Assembly (NCBI GenBank): GCA_045837725.1
Contig: JBEWZL010000101.1
Location: 248,001-312,000 of the forward strand
Reading direction: 5' to 3'
From: Vermamoeba vermiformis
Lineage: Eukaryota
Length of the DNA: 64,000 nucleotides
This document shows positions 52,873 through 64,000 of this stretch, piece by piece (within the stretch, counting starts at the first letter, position 1; the number at the start of each line of letters is the position of its first letter). The notes under the pieces were generated by a model. It saw nothing but the letters and a program-made list of their open reading frames with translations. It made no database searches and was not told the DNA's origin. A program made the position numbers and the translations under genes.

Positions 52873-55800
52873 TTATCCTTCGCCACCATCAACGTCAGAT
52901 CGCTTGTTGCCTTGAGATAGTGCATGATGAGCTCCTCCAATTTCAGCTCCGCACTCGGGACAAGTAGATCTCTGCATCGCACCACCGCACTCACCGATCG
53001 TGTATAAATGACCATTAGGACACTTGTACCAGCCACCTAGTTCATATTTATAATGAGTACTGGGCCCTATTATGCATTATAAATGCGTACCTTTCTTGAT
53101 CTCGTGCGACATGGCCTTGACAATTTCTTTCATGCACTTCTCTTGGTTGCAGTTCTCGAGCATGTCTTTCGCTTCGTTGTGATTGGGATCAATAGCCAAG
53201 AGCTTCTGAAGGGCCACATTGGCCTCTACAAACTGTTGCAAGGCTAGAGAGGCTCGTGCAAGCTTCAACAAGACGTCGGTGTTGGTCGGATCCACTTCGA
53301 GTGCTTTTTGGAACAGCTTCTTGGCCTCGGTGTACTCGCGATTCTGATACTTCAACACACCTTCATTTGAAATGGTCGTTGCAATGACACGGGCTTTGAC
53401 GGCGTCAATGTCAGTCATGCGTCTTCTGATCTCTGGGAAATATCTCCGAGTCAGTTGAATGGGAGATCTGCACGTCGGACACTTCAGGTAGGCAATGTTC
53501 TTCTCTGAGGCTGTTTCCACTTGGACATAGTGATCGAACCCTTCCACGTCAAAAATGTGCTTGCAGTCCAGTTGAATGAATCTGAATAAAAATTAAGGTC
53601 AGATCTGGGTGCTCATGAAGACAGCAAAATTAGTTAATTCTATTGCAGCGGTAATTACTTACCTTGCGTCTTCGTCAGTCTCTTTCAATGAGCATTGCGT
53701 AATGTCATCGCGCCATTCACCGTCTATGTCGCACACTCTGCACATTTGAGGGCACTGTTCACCGCACAAGCCAATGCACGGGTGACGACACTTGAGCATC
53801 TTACGGCAAGGTTCATTGCAGCGAGGACGCGTGCAAATTTCTGAACAAGTCTTATCGCACTTGTGGTGCGTACACTTCCACACACACGGCTCTGAACACG
53901 GAATGCAAATGTCCGAGCACAGATCGCGGCACTTGCTGTGAACGCATTTGATCTCACATTTGCGTTTGCACGGTGCACATGACTTCTCGCACGTGTTTGA
54001 GCATGTGTGATTGCAGACCAAAGTCCTCTTGCAAGGTGCAGTGCATTTGACATGTCCATTTTTGCACTTTCCACACGTGCCTGCGCATTCGTGGCCGCAC
54101 TCTAATGTTGCTTTACAGGGCCTCTCGCACTCGATGGCATATGGATCGTGTTTCAGGTGACAGGCAACACTTTGCAAATGGTTGCAGGGCAATCGTACGT
54201 CCACCTTCTCATTGCAGTTTCTTGGGCATGGCTTACTGCAATCTGATTTGCATCTGTGTCCACACGGCAGGACTCGTGAGCACTTGTTCGTGCATATAAT
54301 TGGCACCTTGGACGCGTTGCACGGCACTGTCATCTCGTGGCCACAAGCTTCAAGTTTTACGGTGACGGGCTGCACGCATTCACCGCATTCTTCGTGACAC
54401 ATCTTGCCACAGTAATGGCCGCACGGGTCGTGCTTTCTTCGACACTGTTCGTAACAGACGTACTTGTCGTGTCCATCGGGGTGACAAAACTTTTTGCAGG
54501 AGTGGCCACAGTCCAACCTGTATTGACACGGAAGGGTGCAGCCGCCGTCACGCGCCTTTTCACGAATGTCGAGACCAGTTGACACCATGACGGAGTTTTC
54601 GGGGTGATTCTGACAACACAGTTTCATTGCAGGTCCAACACATCCGTTGACCATCATCAAGTAGATGATGTCTTGCCACAACTTGCTCTGTTGTTGCATC
54701 AACTCCGCATTTCCAATGATATAGAAGGCGTTGCGAGCACGTGAAAGTGCGACACAGACACGATTAGCAATTTTCAAGAAACCAATGTTGTTGTCTTTGT
54801 TGCTACGCACGAGTGACAAGATGATAATGTCGTTCTCTTCGCCTTGAAAGTTGTCAACTGATGACACTCTGATTGAAGAACAAGCTACACGGAGAAGATA
54901 TTAGCATAGGGAATTAATAAAGGATTCTATGTAACTTTACCTTCATTGTATTTCGCGTTTGCTTTAAGCTGCTCTTTGACGCGGAACAATTGTTGCAAGT
55001 ACATCGTGAGCACTGTAATCTTCTCGGGCTTGTAGCCTTGTTGCACGAGATACAAGCACAGATTGGCTGCTATCATTACCTCGTGGTCGTTGAACTTGCT
55101 TGAAGATTCAGCTGAAACCTTTTCGAGTACTTTGTGGTCCAAGAAGAACAAGTTCTTTTCGATGCCAAGCACCTTTTGAGGATGGTTGTGAACTGAAGGG
55201 TGGTCGTCTAATTGGTCGTAGATTGGGCTAATCAGCTGTGAAATTTCCGGTCTCATTCGACGTTGTGTTGACAGGCGTTTGAAGGGCACTTCATTCTTAG
55301 TCATGCGTTCAAACAACGACACGTCCAAGTTGTACTTCTTTGACAACGCGTACACTGCAGTAGATGGTCTGAGTTGTTGATGATCGCCAATCAGAATCAA
55401 GTGTTCTGTGTCTTTTGTCAGCGCTGTGATGATGTGTGCTTCGAGCACTTCTGCTGCTTCTTCAACGATCACAATCTTGGGCTTCAGTGCACGCAATAGG
55501 TCGACGTTCTTAGCGGCAGCAGTCGTGGTCATGCCGATCACTTTTGCTGCTCGGAGCTGTGCCATTGTTCTCGTGTTGTTCAGCTCTTTGAGCTCGCGGC
55601 ACTTGAGGTAGTACTCTTGCGACAACTCGGTCAATGCGTCGTTCAAGATGGATCGATTGTGCTTCAATACTCTGTCGTGAATGTCTCTTCTTACAGCGAT
55701 GTCAATGCCCCAGAGATTTTTGACTCCTCTTACCGACTGCAAGATGCGAGTCAGTTCCTGCTCATCGAGCTCGTCCACCCCTTCGACGGCCTGTACATTG

Positions 55801-58156
55801 AATACAGCTTCAGCTTGTCTCTGGCCTGGCTCTTGATACTCCTCTCGCTCGGCAAGCAGCTCCAACAACTCATCTTCATCGATATCGTCTGCAAGTTCTT
55901 CGTCGTCTTCGTCAAAATCATCGTCTTCAACAGCATTCTGATTTGCGTTCGCTCGTTGATTATTGCGGTTGTTATTGTTAGTTTGGGCCTTCTTGTTTGT
56001 TTTACTTTTCTTCTTCGTGGTGCCGTCGCTTAACCAAACTTGAACGAGCTTTCGATAGTTCACCTTCGCACCAGGTCCCGTGCTCAAAGACTTGATTTGA
56101 CTTGCTGAAAAAAGCTCTTGCAATAGCTCGATTTCGACGTACTCGGCGCTGATTTTCTTGGCGACATTGAGTATGGCGCCCTTCAACTTGTCAATTTGCT
56201 CTAGCAGTTCCTTGCGTTGCTTGTAGAACACGCCAGACATTTGCCATTGTTGGGCATACACGCTGCATTCTCTCTGCATGATCTCGCTCTTTGATCGTCC
56301 TCCCAAGCGAAGAATTTTCTTCTCAAACTGGTAGATTCCTTCGAGAAACTGATCGAGCGCGTGATTGGTGTAACATACGCAAAGAATCGGGACAGGCGCG
56401 TCGTTAGCCAGCATCAATTTGGCAGCTTGAAGACCAATGTACGTCTTGCCAGTGCCAGGCGGGCCTTGAACGATCGCGAGCTCCTTGGTGAGGACTTGCT
56501 TGAGTGCTGCCAGCTGACTGTCATCGACGCCTTCACCAAACGCTCTGGTTGAAGGCCATGCTCCAAGGAGATTCACGTGGCGCGTGAGAGTTCCTTTGAA
56601 AGCCGGAGTCATATCCCAAAAGTCTTTGCCCGAAGCTAAGTACTTGGGTGGAGCAATGACTTTGGAGTACTTCAGTAAGTAGTCCTGAAAGGGTACGTTA
56701 TCGCCCTTGGCTTGGAGTGCTCGCAAGACCGGGCCAAATGCCTCGAAGTATGCTGTCGAGGCTTCAATAATCGTGTAGACTTTGCCAGTGTTGAACTTTG
56801 GATCGTATCCGTTCACCAACTCGATCTCGATCTTGCCCTAATTTGACACGTGTAAGTACCGGTTTATTATGACGTGCAGCTCTGATGTTACCTTGGCTAA
56901 CATTTTCTCGTCTCTGTTTCCAACGACAGCCCAAAGCAAGTCCGAGGCAAAATCATCGCTTGAGAGGCACAACAATGACCCAGTCATGAGCCGTTTAGAT
57001 CTGGCCCAGTTGATCTTCGTATTGGCACCGATGTTCATTTGAAAGAATATTCCTTTTTCAGTCAAATGCGTGCCGACAACAGGCACATTCCAATAGATCT
57101 TGACACCATTCAAACGCTTGGTGTTAATCTCGCCTCGGTGAATGTAATAGACTGCCTTGCGAATGTCAGCAAAGCCGTCTTCGTGCAACAGTCGATAGTG
57201 CATGTCTAGGTAGTCATCGATATCAGCGTAGTGCTCGCCTTCAACTCTGTTCTTGCGGAGATGTTTCGCATCCGGATTGTTAAACATCTCTTCTTTGCTG
57301 GGAAACATTGGAATCTCACGGAAGTTTCCTGCAATGGATGTTAGTTCGTGCTACAATACTAAGATACGGAGATTATGGACAAACCTTTTGGTCCTCCGTC
57401 GTCTTTGGCTTGGGCAGCTTGTCTCTTTCTTTGTTCGAGCATGTGGTCCTTCTTCGCAACCAGCTTGGTTATCTCGAGAGCTAATTTCTCCTCTACGATA
57501 GCGGCAAGTGTTGCAAGATGTTGGATCAAAGGCAACACGTCGAAAATGGAATCGCGGGACAGATCGAGCAAGTGTCCGAGAAGTTTTACCACGAGCTGGA
57601 TGTAATGTGCTTTAAGACGCGCTCCATCAAGCAACATAAAGGTGCCGAGATTGTTGAGGAATTTAGAGGCCATGACCATTGAATAGAACGCTCCGCTGGT
57701 TGTTGATCGGATGTGGTCCATTAAATCAGGTGAAGCCAGTAACTCAAGCATTAACTCCACTATTTCAAGCTCTTGAAGTATCATTCTTTCGTTGAGGGCG
57801 TTCTTAAACTTCTTCTCTTCTCGACCAGTCAGATTTGACAAAGTTTGATCTGGATCGGCCGCGATTGTTTTTCTTAACCAAAATCTTAGCTCCCCAAAGG
57901 TCCATGGACGATCTTCATTTGGTTTTTCGTTGCGTTTGTGCTCCGTGTTATTCTTTTGTCCGCCGTGTTGAGTCAGATTCGGGCCACCAGCGTTGTTGTT
58001 ACGAGGGCGGGTATTATTGTTGGTATTCTGATTATTATTGCGGTTATTATTGTTCGCAAATCCATTACCACGACCAGATCCGCGTCCGCGACTTGAATTG
58101 TTGCCGCCTCTGGTAGCGTTAGGGTTTCTGAAACGAGGGTCGTTATTTTTTTCCAT
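52873..58156 (-). CDS. ZNFX1-like UPF1-family helicase with NFX1-type zinc fingers, RING-like domain, TPRs and C-terminal RZ finger (multi-exon)
   Basis: YLDMHYRLLHED, WARSKRLMTGSLLCLS, QGPPGTGKT, YTNHALDQFLE, EEAAEV, LIGDHQQLRP, VDNFQGEE, RVCVALSRAR, a long Cys/His finger array, CKHIF...CPTC, TPR (ALEVDPTN, LLAIDPNH) and last exon WYKCPNGHLYTIGECGGAMQRSTCPECGAEIGG. Confidence 0.92.
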
Positions 58157-58466
58157 CTTTATATAGTCAATGGATTGTGTTATGTGGTTTAAAGTGATAA
58201 GCAATTAAAAGTCAAATGTCAAAACGAAAGAATTATTTTAACCTGCCAACACGGCGTGTTCGGTGTTTTTCCGACACGTTGAAATTTCAATAAAAATCTG
58301 CATTCAATCGATTTGATTAGACTTACTTATTTCTGTGCATAACACCTCAGCTTCGAGTGGGCATAATTTACAAATTGAAGCGTGATCGAAAACTGAAAAG
58401 AATTAAAAAATTAATTAAGATCCAATTTGGGGCAAGTTACAAATATTACTTACTTTGATAGTCGAC

Positions 58467-61400
58467 TTAATTTGTGCATTTTTGCGCACAATTTCCACAT
58501 GATTCAAAGCAGATCTTCGTACATTGATGTCCACAGGGAAGTTTTCGTTGACAAGGTTCGTAGCAGATGTATTTGTCGTGACCATCAGGGTGACAGTTCT
58601 TCTTGCACTCGTGGCCACAGCTGAGTTTAGCGCCACACGGTAAAGTGCATCCGCCGTCCTTGGCCTTCTCTCGTATGTCAAGGCCCGTTTTGACGAGCAC
58701 GCTGTTCTCTCTGTGGTTCTGGCAGCACAACTTCAGCTCAGGTCCGATGTTCTCGTTGGCCCGTAACAATTGAATAACTTCGCGCCAGAGAGGGCTTTCT
58801 TGTTCGAGTAACTGGGCATTGCCGATCATATAGAAGGCATTGCGAGCACGTGAAAGTGCGACACAGACACGATTGGATATTTTCAAGAAACCAATGCTCT
58901 TCTTGTTGTTGCTGCGCACGAGCGACAAGATGATAATGTCGTTCTCTTCGCCTTGAAAGTTGTCAACTGATGACACTCTGATCGAGGAACAGCCTTCTCG
59001 AATCTTGTTGTTCTCTTTGAGCTGCTCTTTGATACGGAACAATTGTTGCAAGTACATCGTGAGGACTGTAATCTTCTCGGGCTGATAACCTTGTTGGATT
59101 AAATAAAGGCACAGATTGGCAACGAGTGACACCTCATGCTCGTTGATTTTGCTCGTCGAATCACCTACGGTCTGCTCGGACACGGTATGGTCGAGGAAAA
59201 ACACGTTCTTAGCCACCCCTCTAACAGTCCTAGGATGACCGTACACCGTTGGATGGTCGATCAGTTGTTTGTTGTAGATAGGTCCAATCAGCTGCGATAT
59301 CTCGGGTCGCATTCGGCGTTGTGTCAGAAGCTTGCGGTAGGGAACTTTGTTCTTGGTCATGCGTTCAAACAGCGACACATCCAAGTTGTACTTCTTTGAC
59401 AACGCGTACACTGCAGTCGACGGTCTGAGTTGTTGATGATCACCAATCAGAATCAAGTGTTCTGTGTCTTTTGTCAGTGCTGTGATGATGTGTGCTTCGA
59501 GCACTTCTGCTGCTTCTTCAACGATCACAATCTTGGGTTTCAATGCAGCCAACAGGTCGACGTTCTTGGCGGCTGCAGTCGTGGTCATGCCGATCACGTT
59601 GGCTTGTCTTAACAATGTCATGGTTCGGACGTGATTCAGCTCTTTCATCTTGCGACACAGACTGCTGTACTTCTCGTTCAGTCGTCTCATCTCTTCTTTC
59701 TGCTCAGTACGCTGCTCGTGCAACAAAAAGCTGTGAATCTGTCTTCGTGCATTCACGTCAATGTCCCATAAGTTGTCCACCTTGTACACGCGATTCATCA
59801 AGTCCGAGAACTGATCTTCGGTCAAGACGTCTTCCACTTCCTCAACTTGTTGCACGTTGAAAACAGCGTCCACGTTCTTGTTTTGTCGCTGTGCCAAGTC
59901 CGTGTCCTCTTCATCCTCTCGCTCGGCAAGTAACTCGCCCAACGCGTCTTCATCAATTTCATCGTCCAACTCTTCCTCGTCATCGATGTTTTCGGACTTG
60001 GTTTGAACTTCTTCGATCTTGACTGATGCAGGCACGGGCTTATCGCTTTTCTTTGTGTTGCTGGCGACTTGTTTGGTACTTCCTTTGGTGGCTTGCTGCT
60101 TCTTTTCCTCTTCTAGCCACTTCTTTAGAACTTGGCTCTGGTGCACGCCCTTGCCAGGGCCAGTCAACAGAGTGTCCACTTGTTCTGGATGGAATACCGT
60201 GTCCAGCACACCGAGGCTGATGTAAGACGCGCTTAATTTGTCCGCTACATCGAGGATCTTATTCTTCAAGTCTGCAATCTCGTCCAAGAGCTGATATCGT
60301 TGGATCATGATAGACTTGTCCACGTTCTTGTTCCAGTGGGGCGAGAATAAACTACATTGCTCGCGCATTAACTCGCTCTTAGATCTGCCTCCCAAACGAA
60401 TGATCTTCTTTTCAAACTCGTAAATTCCTTCTAAGAATTGATCGAGTGCATGATTGGTGTAGCACACGCACAGAATAGGCCTCGGTGATTTGTTCTCCAA
60501 CATCAGCTTGGCTGCTTGAAGACCTACATAAGTCTTGCCAGTGCCGGGTGGGCCTTGAACAATGGCGAACTCTTTGGTCAGGATTTGTTCGAGTGCTGCT
60601 AGCTGACTGGCATCAACCATAGGTCCTAACTCGCCTGGCTCAGGCCACGAACCGAGTACATGCATGCGCGGCTGTAAGGCACCAGGGAAAGCGGATGAGA
60701 CTGTCCACAAGTCATTGTTATTTGGCACGGCGTCACTGGTGAGGTACTTGGGAGGTCTAATAGTAGTACTGTAGCGCAGCAAATAATCTTGGAACGGCAA
60801 GTTGTCCTTCGTCTGTAAAGCTCTCAGCACGGGTCCAAATGCCTCAAAATAAGCTGCTGAGGCTTCTATGATCGTGTAGACTTTGCCGGTGTGAAAGTTT
60901 GGATCATAACCAGCTGTTAGCTCAATATCAAATTTGCCCTACAATTGTATCAGTGGTTAGAATCGAAATCATATATTGCTATTCGAATAACATACTTGGG
61001 CTAGCTTCTTTTCATCGCGATCAGCAACCGTTGCCCAAAGCAGATCTGAAGCGAAGTTGTCGCAAGACAAGCACAGCAATGAACCAGGCATCAATCGCTT
61101 CGACCGAGCCCAATTAATCTTGCTAGAGATTTGTATTTGATAGAATACACCTTTGAAGTCTAAGCGTGCACCCAACACGAGTGCGTTGTTGTAGATCTTG
61201 ACGCAAGTTAACCGCTTGTCCACAATTCCGTGGTGCAGGTTGTACACTGCTCGTCTGAGATCTGCAAATGCGTCTTCGTGAAGCAGTCTGAAGTGCATGT
61301 CGAGGTAGTCGTCAACACTGTCATAGTGCTCGCCTTCCACTTTGTTCTTACGCAGATCCTTCGCTACTGGACTAGCGAACATTTCTTCTTTACTCGGGAA

Positions 61401-62235
61401 TAGCGCGATGCGACGATAGTCTACGGGTAATAATATAATGATTAATTTTCTAAATTGTTGCGCTTTTAGTCTTCGTCTTACCACTGCTATTTTGCGTGTC
61501 TTTATTGTTCGCGAGATCCATCTGGCGCTGTTGTTGAAGGATGTAATCTTTTCTAATGATCAAGTTATCCAACTCATATAATACGCTATCTTCATAGAGG
61601 TCCTCGTTGGCGATGAAATACTCGATGAGCGGATCTACTTGAGTGATGGACTCGGGCTCTAATGTGAGCAAGTGAGAGAGCAGCTTGATAAGTCTCGTAG
61701 CATTCTCCGTATTCAGCCTGACGGAGGAGTAGCGTAGACGAGTTTCCAAATTAAGGAAGAACTTGGTCTCCAAGACTAGTTCGTACAAAGTCGCACTTGC
61801 AGTGGTCCGGATGTTGTCCATAATCTCGGGCAAAGAAAGGATTTGGATGACCATCAGCGGCATATCACCTCTCTCAAACACCACAGTGCCATCCAAGGCA
61901 CTACGAAATTTGTTTGCGTCTCTGCCGGTGAGATTCGAGAGGATTTGATCAGGATCTGACGCTAGAACTTTTCTTAGCCAAACAATTAATTGGCCAATAT
62001 TCCAAGCTACTTCTTCGCGTGGCTTATCTTGTCGTGGAGGAGGTCTACCACGTTGCGTGTCACCTCTGCTGGGATTCGATCGTCCTCGACCACCATTTGC
62101 TTCATTATTATTCGCTTGATATTCATTATTGCTATTATAATAATTGTCATTGCCGCGACCTCGTCCTCGACCTCTGTTGCCTCTTCCTCGACCAGATCCA
62201 CGCCCTCTGTTACTGCTTGGGCCGTCCTTCTCCAT
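58467..62235 (-). CDS. Second ZNFX1-like helicase, C-terminally short (ends after about two zinc-finger units; 3 exons)
   Basis: Same helicase motifs and first two intron positions as the neighbour, RG-rich N-terminus, and a stop after CGNCAQKCTN. Confidence 0.88.
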
Positions 62236-62616
62236 AATGGTCTTTCTAATACCTAAAATTAGCAATTAGTAATTTATTAAAAATATTTTGGGCCTAATTA
62301 AGAACCAAACGAAAGGAGAGACAGATGCCGCTACTGGCTAGCTCCGTGTTTAATTAAAACATAGAATAAACCTTTTTTGAAATACGTCGTACTTTAAAAT
62401 AAGTAGAGTACGCCTACTGTTCAACAAAAGCTTGATCCAGCTCTTGCGTAATTACAGATGCAGTTTTTCAAACGGCTTGAAAGTGTCCGCACGGTGCAAT
62501 AACCGATGGAGACAAATCTTTCAAACGTTTAGGGTGCACCGATCTTGAAAAATCGAATAAATTAGTTTTCGAGACACTTTTTGATTCTCTTTTACCAGCG
62601 ACACTGAACAACACAG

Positions 62617-63882
62617 ATGGACGCGCAAATTAAACAATTTTTGGAAGCTAACGCTCCCCACTTCGAAGTAGCCGTCGAAGGCAAATCTGTAAGCTTAAAT
62701 TTTACGCACGTGTAATTCTGTCTTCTCGATCCACAAAAACGTGGGATCGAGGTCTCCGCACTGGTCAAATTAATACTTGACCTCTCGGACAATATGCACG
62801 ATCGTACTTTCTTCCTATTTTTCCTTACATATTTACTAAATTTTGTTCTCTAATTTTTCTACATCCAATCAGATCCGATGCAAGCTTACAAATCACGAAA
62901 TGCCAATGCGCATCGATGTCCTGAACAAACATATTGAGGGAAAGAAGTATAAACATATGGTAAGTCTTATTTTTATTGCGGGAAGCCATTAGAAAACCCA
63001 AATTTTTTCGGGATCTGAGTCTTGTCTGCGCCACGGCACGATTTTTATAAATTACCAAGCGTCAGAATATTCAATAATAAGCTCATTAATGAATTAAATC
63101 ACAATAACGTAACCATTACAAATTATTGTAACCGCCCACAAACTTTTTTGGTTGGATCTGGTGTGATTCTAACGTTCTCGTAATTCTGTAGAGAGACTGG
63201 TACACGCAAGACTTCACAAAATACGAGCCCTATATTGTGCCACATAGAACTAATGTGTAAGTGCAAATATCAAATAATGTAGCATCAATCCAACATCTAA
63301 CTCTCGATCAGAAAACTGCTCTATTGCAACGTTACAAAAATGGAATTAAACAAGATTCCCGAAGAAATTGAGGCACATATTAATGGAAGAAGATACAAAA
63401 AGCTGCTAGGTAAGCTTTTGCACCATAAATCCGGATACGAATCCAGATCTCCGTACTAACCCACGCGTTTAGAAATATTCACCGCCAGATATAACAAATA
63501 CAACAAACCTCTGGCAGAAGGCGAAGAGCAGTTCATTGTAGAGTCTTCAGAGGAAGAAGCAGACGATCAAGATCAACGGTCAGATGAAGAAATGTCCGAT
63601 GTCGACGGAGAATTAGAAGAAGAAGACTCTGACTTTGAAGTCGTGCCCACGAGTGATAACTTTGAGGCTATTGGCTCAGCTAAAAAAGCCGAAGATGACG
63701 ATTTCGATTTCAGCGTAGTGGCTAATGGTAATGCCGGAAACGACGATGCTATGGACGAAGACGAAGACATGCAAGGTCCTGCTGCTAAGAAACAGAAGAT
63801 TAGCCAACAGAATAGCAAAGCTACAAGTAACGGCAACAGTAACAACAACAGCCGAAAGCGAAAAAAACCGCAACAAAATTAA
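62617..63882 (+). CDS. SURF2: Surfeit locus protein 2 (SURF2)-like, with an acidic tail and basic NLS-like end (multi-exon)
   Basis: IRCKLTNHEMP...HIEGKKY, DFTKYEPYIVP, and LYCNVTKMELNKIPEEIEAHINGRRY. Confidence 0.78.
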
Positions 63883-64000
63883 ATACCAAAAAAACTAATA
63901 TAAACACCCTTGCGAAATAAAACTTGTATAGAAACCTTTTAAAACTACGTAATTATGTTATCTACACGCAAAAAGGATTTTATTTTACACATCAACATGA

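Noticed and set aside
52821-53036. 71-aa ORF in the track as the ZNFX1 terminal exon
   Set aside because: Wrong frame. The spliced frame encodes the RZ finger and stops at 52873.

Overview
Gene-dense, intron-rich eukaryotic DNA. Most introns are short GT-AG introns of about 45-60 nt, with longer AT-rich ones near gene 5' ends. Gene content and intron style suggest a free-living protist, plausibly an amoebozoan (inference). I reconstructed about 29 protein-coding genes by hand, plus one tRNA-Arg(ACG) inside an intron. The left ~40 kb is mostly housekeeping: DNA ligase III, acyl-protein thioesterase, D-2-hydroxyglutarate dehydrogenase, a tandem SET protein, NXF1, 6-phosphogluconolactonase, TMEM42-like, TDP1-like, PITP and a FAN-like BEACH protein. 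It also holds an unusual neuronal-calcium-sensor EF-hand / inositol polyphosphate kinase / C1 fusion. A Pca1-like P1B ATPase there has a large His/Cys repeat and a 491-bp insertion flanked by a 6-bp direct repeat in one exon. The right ~24 kb is more plastic: direct and inverted mosaic duplications, an intronless orphan gene family, a very divergent beta-tubulin, a tail-anchored EEP nuclease and an RRM/zinc-knuckle/F-box/ankyrin protein. It ends with a tandem pair of ZNFX1-like RNA helicases, one full-length (RING-like, TPR and RZ finger) and one truncated. CDS coordinates span the first to last coding base including introns; exon models are manual and unverified by transcripts.
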